A stretch of DNA of 64,000 nt from Macrostomum lignano (lineage: Eukaryota): assembly GCA_002269645.1 (NCBI GenBank), contig NIVC01000069.1, positions 353,498 to 417,497 on the forward strand. The letters run 5' to 3'. A model generated the notes under the pieces. That model had not been told where the DNA came from. It did not search any database and saw nothing but the letters and a program-made list of their open reading frames with translations. How positions within the stretch are numbered: position 1 is the stretch's first letter; each line of letters starts with the position of its first letter. Of this stretch, positions 1-12,300 are shown piece after piece. The position numbers were made by a program, and so were the translations under genes.

Positions 1-3000
1 GTAGTTTCGACGCTGCAACGGTCGATGGGAGGGCAGCTCCATCAACTGATGCTGCTGCTGCTGAGGCTGCTGCTGCTCAGACTCCAGCAGCTCCTCTAAT
101 CGCACATGCAAGCAGCGCAGCTGAGACCCGTAGTGCCTAGCAATGGCCAGCAGTTCTCGTTCCCGCAGTCGGCCGCCTTCGTAGGCGAAACCGCGCAGAC
201 GAGGCGCGAGAGTCAGCAGCTGGCGCGTCAGCTCGGCGCTCCAGCCGCGCTCTTCAAGCGGCCCGACCGCGTGGACGGCCAGGTACTCGAGCCCGGCGCC
301 GGCCGACACGCAACGAAGCAACAGCGGCAGCTCCTGTTCGGCATTCTGAGTTTGCACGTAGAGAGCCCGAATTGGGGGAGGAGTAGGCAGGCTGGCCAAA
401 TCGCTGAGCCACAGGGTGCTGGGCTCGCCGTATAGGATGAAGCTGAGCTCGAGTCTGGGAGCGGCCAGCATCAACTCCCGCCAGAATCTGTCCCGCCATG
501 AGTAGCCAGCCTCAGGTTGTTGCTGTGGGATTTAGGAGTAAATAAATATTATCAGAGGCTTAGTGCTAGTGGCTTAGTGTCAGTGCCTTGGTGTCAGTGC
601 CTTGGTGTCAGTGCCTTGGTGTCAGTGGCTTAGTGTCAGTGCCTTGGTGTCAGTGCCTTGGTGTCAGTTCCTTGGTGTCAGTGGCTTGGTGTCAGTGGCT
701 TAGTGTCAGTGCCTTGGTGTCAGTGCCTTAGTGTCAGTGGCTTAGTGTGAGTAACTTAGTGTCAGTGCCCTAGTGTCAGTAGCTTAGTGTCAGTGGCTTA
801 GTGTCAGTGCCTTAGTGTCAGTGCCTTAGTGTCAGTGGCTTAGTATCAGTAGCTTAGTGTCAGTAGCTTAGTGTCAGTAGCTTAGTGTCAGTAGCTTAGT
901 GTCAGTGGCTTAGTGTCAGTAACTTAGTGTCAGTGCCCTAGTGTCAGTGGCTTACTGTCAGTGGCTTAGTGTCAGTGGCTTACTGTCAGTAGCTTAGTGT
1001 CAGTGCCCTAGTATCAGTAGCTTAGTGTCAGTGGCTTAGTGTCAGTAGCTTAGTGTCAGTGGCTTAGTGTCAGTGCCTTAGATATGACCCTCAGCGTCCT
1101 AAGGGTCATATTTATAGTGTCAGAGTCTTAGTGTCCTAAGGGTCATATTTATAGTGTCAGTGGCTTAGTGTCAGTGCCTTAGATATGACCCTCAGCGTCC
1201 TAAGGGTCATATTTATAGTGTCAGAGCCCTAGTGTTCTAAAGGTCATATTTATAGTGTCAGAGCCCTAGTGTTCTAAAGGTCATATTTATAGTGTCAGAG
1301 CCCTAGTGTTCTAAGAGTCATATTTATAGCGTCAGAGCCTTAGTGTTCTAAGGGTCATATTTATAGTGTCAGAGCCCTAGTGTTCTAAGGGTCATATTTA
1401 TAGTGTCAGAGCCCTAGTGTTCTAAGAGTCATATTTATAGTGTCAGAGCCCTAGTGTTCTAAAGGTCATATTTATAGTGTCAGAGCCTTAGTGTCCTAAG
1501 AGTCATATTTATAGTGTCAGAGCCCTAGTGTTCTAAGGGTCATATTTATAGTGTCAGAGCCCTAGTGTTCTAAGGGTCATATTTATAGTGTCAGAGCCCT
1601 AGTGTTCTAAAGGTCATATTTATAGTGTCAGAGCCTTAGTGTTCTAAGGGTCATATTTATAGTGTCAGAGCCTTAGTGTTCTAAGGGTCATATTTATAGT
1701 GTCAGAGCCCTAGTGTTCTAAAGGTCATATTTATAGTGTCAGAGCCTTAGTGTTCTAAGGGTCATATTTATAGTGTCAGAGCCTTAGTGTTCTAAGGGTC
1801 ATATTTATAGTGTCAGAGCCTTAGTGTTCTAAGGGTCATATTTATAGTGTCAGAGCCTTAGTGTTCTAAGGGTCATATTTATAGTGTCAGAGCCTTAGTG
1901 TTCTAAGGGTCATATTTATAGTGTCAGAGCCCTAGTGTTCTAAGGGTCATATTTATAGTGTCAGAGCCTTAGTGTTCTAAGGGTCATATTTATAGTGTCA
2001 GAGCCTTAGTGTTCTAAGGGTCATATTTATAGTGTCAGAGCCCTAGTGTTCTAAGGGTCATATTTATAGTGTCAGAGCCCTAGTGTTCTAAAGGTCATAT
2101 TTATAGTGTCAGAGCCTTAGTGTTCTAAGGGTCATATTTATAGTGTCAGAGCCTTAGTGTTCTAAGGGTCATATTTATAGTGTCAGAGCCTTAGTGTTCT
2201 AAGGGTCATATTTATAGTGTCAGAGCCCTAGTGTTCTAAAGGTCATATTTATAGTGTCAGAGCCTTAGTGTTCTAAGGGTCATATTTATAGTGTCAGAGC
2301 CTTAGTGTTCTAAGGGTCATATTTATAGTGTCAGAGCCTTAGTGTCCTAAGGGTCATATTTATAGTGTCAGAGCCTTAGTGTTCTAAGGGTCATATTTAT
2401 AGTGTCAGAGCCCTAGTGTTCTAAGGGTCATATTTATAGTGTCAGAGCCTTAGTGTTCTAAGGGTCATATTTATAGTGTCAGAGCCTTAGTGTTCTAAGG
2501 GTCATATTTATAGTGTCAGAGCCTTAGTGTTCTAAGGGTCATATTTATAGTGTCAGAGCCTTAGTGTTCTAAGGGTCATATTTATAGTGTCAGAGCCCTA
2601 GTGTTCTAAGGGTCATATTTATAGTGTCAGAGCCTTAGTGTTCTAAGGGTCATATTTATAGTGTCAGAGCCTTAGTGTTCTAAGGGTCATATTTATAGTG
2701 TCAGAGCCTTAGTGTTCTAAGGGTCATATTTATAGTGTCAGAGCCTTAGTGTTCTAAGGGTCATATTTATAGTGTCAGAGCCTTAGTGTTCTAAGGGTCA
2801 TATTTATAGTGTCAGAGCCTTAGTGTTCTAAGGGTCATATTTATAGTGTCAGAGCCCTAGTGTTCTAAGGGTCATATTTATAGTGTCAGAGCCCTAGTGT
2901 TCTAAAGGTCATATTTATAGTGTCAGAGCCTTAGTGTTCTAAGGGTCATATTTATAGTGTCAGAGCCTTAGTGTTCTAAGGGTCATATTTATAGTGTCAG

Positions 3001-5407
3001 AGCCTTAGTGTCCTAAGGGTCATATTTATAGTGTCAGAGCCTTAGTGTTCTAAGGGTCATATTTATAGTGTCAGAGCCCTAGTGTTCTAAGGGTCATATT
3101 TATAGTGTCAGAGCCTTAGTGTTCTAAGGGTCATATTTATAGTGTCAGAGCCTTAGTGTTCTAAGGGTCATATTTATAGTGTCAGAGCCTTAGTGTTCTA
3201 AGGGTCATATTTATAGTGTCAGAGCCTTAGTGTTCTAAGGGTCATATTTATAGTGTCAGAGCCTTAGTGTTCTAAGGGTCATATTTATAGTGTCAGAGCC
3301 CTAGTGTTCTAAGGGTCATATTTATAGTGTCAGAGCCCTAGTGTTCTAAGGGTCATATTTATAGTGTCAGAGCCTTAGTGTTCTAAGGGTCATATTTATA
3401 GTGTCAGAGCCCTAGTGTTCTAAGGGTCATATTTATAGTGTCAGAGCCTTAGTGTCCTAAGGGTCATATTTATAGTGTCAGAGCCTTAGTGTTCTAAGGG
3501 TCATATTTATAGTGTCAGAGCCTTAGTGTTCTAAGGGTCATATTTATAGTCTCAGAGGAGCAAAGAAGCAATTTACCCAGTGACCGTGATGCTGATACCG
3601 CGACATAAATCCGGTATCAACTGTCAGACTAGCCAGGCAGCCCTTAGTAGCCAGCCGCATTAGCGCAGTCTCGTGCACATTATTCCACAGATAGCTGACT
3701 GTGAGGTGCCGCAGCGAAGTCAGGCGGTCCGCTAGCCGGGGCGTCAGCTTAGGCAAGCGCGACGCTTCCGCTGGGCTGTGCGGTTTAAAAAACGGCACGC
3801 ACTGCAGAGACAGACAGCGCTCCGGTATCCGATTGTGCAGGCATCTGGCGATAGCGCACGTGACCGCCAGGCTGCTATGCGAGCAGTTCACGCTCACCTG
3901 AGCGAAATTATTCAATTTATCGCATATTGATTTCGAAATTTAATGCAGCTCCCGACTTTATTCTGATCGAATCGTCGCCCTGATAAAGCTGATTTTTTAC
4001 AGTGCGCTTTTCACGTAGCGATCCTAGGGCCACTAATATTTCACTACGGTTTCTAGTTGTCTACATCCGGTGGCGTGATAGCCTCCGTGAAAGGAGTAGT
4101 GTGAAAGGCTCTGTGAATGGAAGAGTGGCGTGAAGGGAGGCTCTGTGAATGGAAGAGTGGCGTCAAGGGAAGGCTCTGTGAAAGGACTGGCGTGAATGAA
4201 AGGGTCTGTGAATGGAGGACTGGCGTGAATGAAAGGGTCTGTGAATGGAGGACTGGCGTGATAGGAAGGCTCTGTGAAAGGAGTGGTGATAGAAAGGCTC
4301 TGTGAAATGAGTGGTGTGATAGGAAGGCGCTGTGAAATGAGTGGTGTGATAAGAAGGCTCTGTGAAAGGAGTGGTGTGATAGGAAGGTTTTCTGAAAGGA
4401 GTGGTGTGATAGGAAGGCTTTGTGAAAGGAGTGGCGATAGGAAGGCTCTGTGAAAGGAGTGGTGTGATAGGAAGGCTCTGTGAAAGGAGTGGTGTGATAG
4501 GAAGGCTCTGTGAAAGGAGTGGTGTGATAGGAAGGCTCTGTGAAAGGAGTGGCGATAGGAAGGCTCTGTGAAAGGAGTGGTGTGATAGGAAGGTTTTCTG
4601 AAAGGAGTGGTGTGATAGGAAGGCTTTGTGAAAGGAGTGGCGATAGGAAGGCTCTGTGAAAGGAGTGGTGTGATGGGAGGGCTCTGTGAAAGGAGTGGTG
4701 TGATAGGAAGGCTCTGTGAAAGGAGTGGTGTGATAGGAAGGCTCTGTGAAATGACTGGTGGCATTATTATCTGTAGTGTGCAAATAATAAATGCATTTGG
4801 GTGGCAAGCATTCCACTGCTAGCAATTCTGCCCATTTCGCTGACTTCATGGCCTTCATAGCTGTGTAGCCCCACAGTTATTTTCTTCGCACCTGTCCACC
4901 GCATCGAGACAGCAGGCAGTCAAGCAGTTGCAGCAGACAATCTGTATCCGAGTCCAATTCTTCAATATTGCCGCCAACATCTTCGCTCCATTTGACAACT
5001 AATTGTAGAGTGTGCACAGACGGACAGAATGCGATGACAGTGCGCAGCAGCGCGTGGTTGAGCCTGGCAGCCGGATAGAAGTGATCATTAGTGACCGTCA
5101 GCCGGAGGTGTCTCAGGTAGCGGCCCATTCGCATTAGAAGTTTCATACCGTGACGCAGGACACTGCGGCGGTATACGGCGCTGTCGTAGGTTAAAAATGA
5201 CAAATCAATCAGGTCGCTACGCCAGACGCTGTGCAGGAATACCAGATCGCGGAGCTCCGGCACGCCCTCAAGAATGATTAGTTTAGTAGCCGGATCGGTG
5301 AATGACAGAATGTGAGCCAGAATTGAGTCTGGCAGAGCTGGCCTCGGGACAGACGCTCGCTGCTGCCCGCCCTGTTTGGCGTAAATCAGAGACAGACCAT
5401 TTGGCAT
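1..5407 (-). CDS. F-box/LRR-like protein, 3' partial; exons 5407-4892, 3897-3577, 522-<1
   Basis: F-box motif LPDSILAHILSFTDPATKLIILEGVPELRDLV after MPNGLSL; phase-0 GT-AG junctions join RCGGQ|VSVN and HHGHW|QQPE; LRR-like segments (LRHLRLTV, LRHLTVSY, LEYLAVHA, LRCLHVR); frame open to window edge. Confidence 0.8.
560..3550. repeat. Intronic minisatellite: 13-bp (cttagtgtcagtg) array grading into 37-bp array
   Basis: Unit gtcatatttatagtgtcagagccttagtgttctaagg repeated about 65 times from ~1080; fills F-box intron 2. Confidence 0.95.
4090..4760. repeat. ~30-bp minisatellite in F-box intron 1
   Basis: gaaggctctgtgaaaggagtggtgtgatag tandem copies. Confidence 0.95.
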
Positions 5408-5689
5408 CCCGGATCCGAATTCCCAAAGATTACTCAAATTTGACAGTAGAACTACCAAGACGGGGAAATCAAAGATTCAAAGGTTTGAGCACTACTCTAG
5501 GAATCGAATCTAGGCATGCAGATACTTCTCGTCTTGCGGGTGAGAAATAAATGAGATTCAAATAAAATTACCAATTTTTCGAGTAGAGCAACTTTGCACG
5601 TATTACATGTGGTTAGTTATAAGGTTTGCAGTGGAGCTGTGGTCGCTTTCACAAATCTAAGGCGACAGCCGAGCCGAAGCAGCACGAGC

Positions 5690-6151
5690 TCACACAGAGT
5701 GCACAGCGGTTCTGACTTTCTGGCTGGCTCTCATTAATGTACGAGTAAATCGCACAACAAACCCTTTAGTAGTTGCTTCTAGCCCCGCAAGCATTCTCCC
5801 TACCCTGAGCAGATGCCGTTTCTGTTTTCGCCTGTGCCGACCCGACTGCTGACGACCAGCTCCAGCCGAGGACAGAGACAAGCTGGACGATTGAGTATCA
5901 AAGGAATGCCGCCTATAGGCCGAGTTAATAGACACAGACGATGAACAGTCTTCCAAGTCGTCTTCCTCGTCAGATGTGGTGGCGGTTGTTGTAGTCGTGT
6001 TGCTGGCGTCGCTGATTCGCATTGCGCCGCCCAGTTTGCACAGCAGCGCCTGGGCAGCGTCCACGCAGTCCTGCCGGGTGATGAGGCGGCGCAGAGGACT
6101 GTCGCTGCTGCTGGCGCCACCTGCGGCGCTGAACGAGCCGCTGATTGTTTG
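5690..6151 (-). CDS. Orphan Ser/Thr/acidic-rich ORF (~153 aa) starting at a splice acceptor
   Basis: Non-repetitive GC-rich ORF; tttgcag acceptor at 6152-6153 in phase 0; acidic tract SDEEDDLED, basic RHRRKQKR; no family recognised. Confidence 0.5.
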   Translation of the reverse strand, partial: QTISGSFSAAGGASSSDSPLRRLITRQDCVDAAQALLCKLGGAMRISDASNTTTTTATTSDEEDDLEDCSSSVSINSAYRRHSFDTQSSSLSLSSAGAGRQQSGRHRRKQKRHLLRVGRMLAGLEATTKGFVVRFTRTLMRASQKVRTAVHSV

Positions 6152-6244
6152 CTGCAAATATTCGAAACACTTTTAGTAGCAGATTTGACAAATTGCAAAG
6201 TTGCGAATTGAGAATATGCAGAGGGAACGGGGCAGTGTATGCAG

Positions 6245-6600
6245 ACTGCTGGGACTCTGCAGAGAATCGGGACCTCGCTAGTGCTGGGACTCTGCAGAGA
6301 ATCGGGACCTCGCTAGTGCTGGGACTCTGCAGAGAATCGGGACCTCGCTAGTGCTGGGACTCTGCAGAGAATCGGGACCTCGCTAGTGCTGGGACTCTGC
6401 AGAGAATCGGGACCTCGCTAGTGCTGGGACTCTGCAGAGAATCGGGACCTCGCTAGTGCTGGGACTCTGCAGAGAATCGGGACCTCGCTAGTGCTGGGAC
6501 TCTGCAGAGAATCGGGACCTCGCTAGTGCTGGGACTCTGCAGAGAATGGGGACCTCGCTAATGCTGGGATTATGCAGATAATCGGGACCTCGCTAATGCT
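6245..6600. repeat. 35-bp minisatellite
   Basis: ctgggactctgcagagaatcgggacctcgctagtg, about 10 copies. Confidence 0.95.
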
Positions 6601-7278
6601 GGGGGGATCGGTTTCCATAGCGTGCAGAAAGAGATAAAGAGAATCAAGCGTTGTTTATTTTATTGGCGGTTCCGATAACTCAGTAAAGGTTTTTTCCAAT
6701 GAAAAGATTAGCTGGCATTATTAGCTATCTAAGAGCTGTCACGCCTCATCCTAGTTTAACCTCATGTCTCGTTGCGTGACTTCTAGGCTATCATTTTTCA
6801 GTAGCAGCAATCGATCACTAAAATGGCGACAACGCCCAAGAAGGCGAACTCAATAAGATAATTGCAGCTCAACAAATACTAAGTTAGGAGTAATCGATAT
6901 GATGATGGAGGCTAAAGCTGCCAATTGAATGAGAAAACTGATACATACTGCATATTAGGCTTCCTTTGAAGTTGAGAGGCCAGAACTCAAAGTTATGCTC
7001 TTGTAAGTACGTTTGGGCTTCGGAGCAGATGAATTTGATCCAGAAATTGCAGAAGTCTGCAGAAAATAGATATGTTTCTCTTTTTTATCAGAGACAGGGG
7101 GCAGTGTGCACTTGACACATTGACACAACAACCGGCGAGAGGCATTACGAGCGTACTGCCCATTCCACGGACTCCCCTGAGCAGGCACACAAGCGCGCGG
7201 ATACGCACGCAGTCATACGCACAGGCACACACTCACACAGGAGTGTACAGCGGCCCTAACTTTATTTATCGTTAGGCA

Positions 7279-8388
7279 CTAGCAATCTAGTGCGGCCCCC
7301 CTTTGGGGCGCCCAATAAGCAAGGAGCAAAAATAGTTCATGGAAAACAATTAAAAAAGCACATTTACTTAAGAACTAATTCCTTCTTCACTTATAAAAAT
7401 CACCTTATTCGTGTAAAATTGTCACGGACAAGGATGTTTGCTATGAATAACTTTTTCTCTAAAATTAACAAATAGACAACAAAATATAGCTCCCTCTAAA
7501 TAGAAAATATTCCCAAGACAGCAAGCATCTCCCCAGATAGCAAGCACCCCCCTCCAAAAGTAAGCAACCGCAGATAGCAAGCATCCCCTAATGCTCATAG
7601 CAAGCATCCCCCAGATAGCAAGCATCACCCCAGATAGCAAGCATCTGCAGACAGCAAGCATCCCCCAGATAGCAAGAATTCTGCAGACAGCAAGCATCCC
7701 CCAGATAGCAGCATCCACCCAGATAGCAAGAATTCTGCAGACAGCAAGCATCCCCCAGATAGCAGCATCCACCCAGATAGCAAGAATTCTGCAGACAGCA
7801 AGCATCCCCCAGATAGCAGCATCCACCCAGATAGCAAGAATTCTGCAGATAGCAAGAATTCTGCAGACAGCAAGCATCCCCCAGATAGCAGCATCCACCC
7901 AGATAGCAAGAATTCTGCAGACAGCAAGCATCCCCCAGATAGCAGCATCCACCCAGATAGCAAGAATTCTGCAGACAGCAAGCATCCCCCAGATAGCAAG
8001 AATTCTGCAGACAGCAAGCATCCCCCAGATAGCAGCATCCACCCAGATAGCAAGAATTCTGCAGACAGCAAGCATCCCCCAGATAGCAGCATCCACCCAG
8101 ATAGCAAGAATTCTGCAGACAGCAAGCATCCCCCAGATAGCAAGAATTCTGCAGACAGCAAGCATCCCCCAGATAGCAGCATCCACCCAGATAGCAAGAA
8201 TTCTGCAGACAGCAAGCATCCCCCAGATAGCAGCATCCACCCAGATAGCAAGAATTCTAAAGACAGCAAGCATCCCCCAGATAGCAGCATCCACCCAGAT
8301 AGCAAGAATTCTGCAGATAGCAAGCACCCCCCCCCCAGATATTATAGAAGCATCCTGCAGATAGCAAGCACCCCCCAGATACTATAAA
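7279..8388. mobile_element. Non-autonomous interspersed element with CTAG end and gatagcaagcatccccca minisatellite tail
   Basis: Homologous to 53917-54435; flanked by 11-bp direct repeat atcgttaggca (7268-7278, 8389-8399). Confidence 0.6.
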
Positions 8389-8404
8389 ATCGTTAGGCAT
8401 GTAC

Positions 8405-8482
8405 ACTTCACTGCGCCTTGGGGTTGGGTTGGCCCTCAAAGGCGTTAATTGCACGAGCAGAGCCAAGCCGAGATTCCAATTT
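8405..8482 (-). mobile_element. SINE body fragment
   Basis: Reverse complement matches 20590-20660 (atctcggcttggctctgctcgtgcaattaacgc...gagggccaaccc). Confidence 0.6.
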
Positions 8483-9129
8483 ACGCGCAGACAAAGTGAA
8501 AGTCACAGTACGCAGCCCTATGGCTGATAATAACTATGAGAAATCTTCACTTGACGCTATGCTAACGTTACAACACTATATAATTAGCATAAATGCCACC
8601 CTGGCAAATGCAGGTACCGGTCAGACAGATCGGCTACTGACTTGGTCTGACCTAATCTGATTTCATTTAAAATCCTTTGAAAGTGCAAAATGGAGAAAGA
8701 AATAACAAATCAAGAAATACCGAATTCCAAAAAATCATTGCAACGCAATAATACATTACAATTTATGAATATTGTACTCAGACAAGCAATAAAGAGTCCT
8801 ATAGCATCTGAGCCTCCGTCAATAAGCTGCTCACGACTATAAGAAACAGATGCCCCTTCTTTGGCTAGAAAGCAAAAAATCGGAGCGCACAGCTGGCAAA
8901 GCCTACAGACGCCACTACTTAACATTGACGACTCACCCAACACACTTTGGATGTTTGCTGAGAGATAATTGCAGCGTTTAGGAGACGCGAAAAACGTGAG
9001 CAAATTAGAGAGAAGAGGCCTAGGCATGGCACGGTATGGTAGTGGGCGACAAATGCTTGTGGGATGTGATGTGATTCGCGACTACCTGCCGCCTGCTCTG
9101 CTGACCTCAAACGGATTCGGGAGCATCTG

Positions 9130-9285
9130 CGGACAGACAGACATGCAGACAGGCAGAGAGACAGACAGACAGAGACATGCAGACAGACAGGCAGAGAGAC
9201 AGACACTAAAACAGACAGACAGCAGACAGACAGACAGACACTGACAAACAGACAGACAGCAGATAGACAGAGATACAGAGACAGT
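9130..9285. repeat. (GACA)n microsatellite just downstream of the UTP18 stop
   Basis: Direct inspection. Confidence 0.9.
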
Positions 9286-9303
9286 TGCGAATCAATCAGC
9301 AGC

Positions 9304-12300
9304 TCAATAGCCGCTATAATGCGACAAGCGAAACATGGCCGCCCGGCCAGTGTGCTGTCCGAGGCACAGAAAACCGCCGCCAGGCGAGAAATCGGCCGAG
9401 TGCACGGCGGCCAAATAGTGCCGAATAGTTGGCGGCGGGAAATTCTGCATAACCCGACCGTCGCCAAGGTGCCAGAGTCGGACAGCCTGCGGCTCCTGCC
9501 TCGACGCCATCAGCAGGAGCTCCTGGCTGGGATGGAACCGCAGACAGCTGCACTCGGTAGTGAGATTAGTGGCAGTCCGAATCGGTTTGGTCTCCAACGG
9601 CCGACCAGTTGTCGCCGAGGCCAGGTCAGCAGCCTCCCAGCCGTACAGATTAACAATGCCGCAGGTGCTGCCGCAGGCAATGTAGCGACTGGACGCAGCT
9701 AAACTAGACAATCCCGTGCTGCCTTCGTCAACAAATGTACCGCGAAGTTTCCTATTGGTCAGACAGAAAACTGACACCTGACCGTCTGAGCCGCCGGCTA
9801 GGAGGCAGTCGCCATCGACGCCGAATGCTAGCGATTGCAGACTCGAACTGGCGCTGCGAAGGGTGCAGACTCGATTGCGCGTCTGCGCGGAAATGGGGAT
9901 TGATTGCTTGTAAGTTAGTAAAAAGAGGGCTGTTTCAGAAGTATAAAGAGGGATAATGAGTGAGTGGGTGGGCCGACAATGAGTGAGTGAGCGAGTGGAT
10001 AATGAGTGAGTGAGCGAGTGGATAATGAGTGAGTGAGAGAGTGGATAATGAGTGAATGAGTGAGCGGATAACGAGTGAGTGAGTGGGTGGATAATGAGTG
10101 AGTGGGTGGGCGGATTATGAGTGAGTGAGCGAGTGGATAACGAGTGAGTGAGTGGGCGGATAATGAGTGAGTGAGAGGGCGGATTATGAGTGAGTGAGAG
10201 GGCGGATTATGAGTGAGTGAGAGGGCGGATTATGAGTGAGTGGGTGGGCGGATTATGAGTGAGTGAGAGGGCGGATTTTGAGTCAGTGATCGAGTGGATA
10301 ATGAGTGAGTGAGAGGGCGGATTATGAGTGAGTGAGCGAGTGGATAATGAGTGAGTGAGAGGGCGGATTATGAGTGAGTGAGCGAGTGGATAATGAGTGA
10401 GTGAGAGGGCGGATTATGAGTGAGTGAGCGAGTGGATAATGAGTGAGTGAGAGGGCGGATTATGAGTGAGTGAGCGAGTGGATAATGAGTGAGTGAGAGG
10501 GCGGATTATGAGTGAGTGAGCGAGTGGATAATGAGTGAGTGAGAGGGCAGATTATGAGTGCGTTGGGAATCAGGCGAAGCTTAGGGGCGGGAAGGACTAA
10601 TAACGGTATAAAGCATGTTTTCAGTTTAGCAATAAATTGAAGAACAGCATAAAGGAGGGAAATTTTCTTGACCTTCGAAAAAAAGTCAAGTTAATGACTG
10701 TCTTTCGGAGCATTTTGCCCAGCGTAATTAGAAAATAACAAGCTTGAATGAGTGGCATTGAGATTGGTTATAATAGGACACTAATTGGAACAGAGTTACC
10801 TTGAAGTCAACCAGGTAGACTTCGCCATATTTGCCAATAAAAGCGATCAGTTTTTGATCCGGCGAAATCTCAAAGTCCGATAATTTGCAATTTCGCTCAA
10901 CGCCTGCGGGAAGAGTTGAAAGGGTTAAACATTAGTTTAAAAAAAGCTTTCAACAACACGAATGAAACGACATGAGGCTTCTCGGCGTTCTCAATCTACG
11001 CATGCACGAATAACGCATAGAGCTCACGCAGCATTGATCAAAACTACCGCCAAACCGAGGATGAAGAACACAGCCACAGAATCCTTTATTCAAAACATTG
11101 CGTCAACAGAATCCCATATATACTTGTAAGACTTCAAGTCCAATATCAACAGTATCAAAGAATCCCACAGAGTGCGTCATGCAACATCAACTTTAGTTTT
11201 GGCATCCCTTGACTTTGGACCCCAGACACCTAAGACCCCACACCAACTGAATCCCATATCTAAGACCCCACACCAACTGAATCCCATATCTAAGACCCCA
11301 CACCAACTGAATCGCATACCAAAGACCCTATACAAAAAAATTCTATATAATATAAAAACCCGCACTAGTAGAATCTCATATCCAAGACCCCAAACTAGTA
11401 GAATCTCATATCCAAGACCCCAAACTAGTAGAATCTCATACCCGCCGGGCTGAATTTAGCCGTCTTTTATCCGATGCGTTGTCCGGAGTTTAATCCGGCA
11501 GGAATAGCAAATTTACATGCAAAAAAACGGACGAAAACCGGACGAAAAGTTTACAAAACGGATGAAAGTGTTGAAAATATGACGTTTATCCGGTTTGGTA
11601 TCCGGCTGTGTGTCCGGTTATTGCCCGATAAGTAATCCGGAGGAAGCCGGATGGGAGAGCGGAGCCAATTCCGGATGAAAACCGGATAAAATGTATGGAT
11701 GTTACAGCCGGATAAGAAACCGGAGCCATTTCCGGATCAAATGTATGGATACCTGTATACTGTCGTCGGATAATAATGGACATTCTAGATGCTTATTACT
11801 CAGCCTTAATTTGTGCTCTTTACAGCGGCTTCCAAAGGTTTGGCACAAAAATTGCACTATGTAGCGGCTATTATAGCTACGGCTCCTGCTCCTATCTATA
11901 GCTGCTGCTCCTGCTATGATTCTGCTCGTATCTGTATGAACAAGCGAGGAGCTCTAGAGAAGCTTACTAGTAGAAAGCTTTCGGCAGGGGCGCGTCCAGA
12001 GGTTTCAGGATGGGGGGCCGATCAGGAGAGGGGAGAGAAGAGAGAGGAAGGATGAAAGAAGAGAGAAGAGATGAGATAGGAGAGATGAAAGAGGGGAAAG
12101 GAGAGATGAGAGAGCAGAGACAAGAAATGTGACAGTAGAGCTAGAACAGAGGAGAGAGGAGAGGGAAGAGAAATATGTGAGAGCAGACATGAGAGACAGT
12201 GGGAGACAAGTGGAGTGGATGGGAGGAGAAAGGAGAAAAAAGGGGGAGAATCGAGAGGACAAGAAGAGAGGGGAAGGGAGAGAAGAGGGAGGAGAGGAAA

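Noticed and set aside
106-499. Listed ORFs 106-435 (+) and 254-499 (-)
   Set aside because: Alternative frames of the real F-box exon 3, whose frame lacks a start codon and was not in the ORF track
5790-5820. BH3-like motif LLRVGRML in the orphan ORF
   Set aside because: Lacks the conserved Asp after Gly
7422-8364. Long TASIPQIA and MLAVCRIL ORFs
   Set aside because: Minisatellite translations
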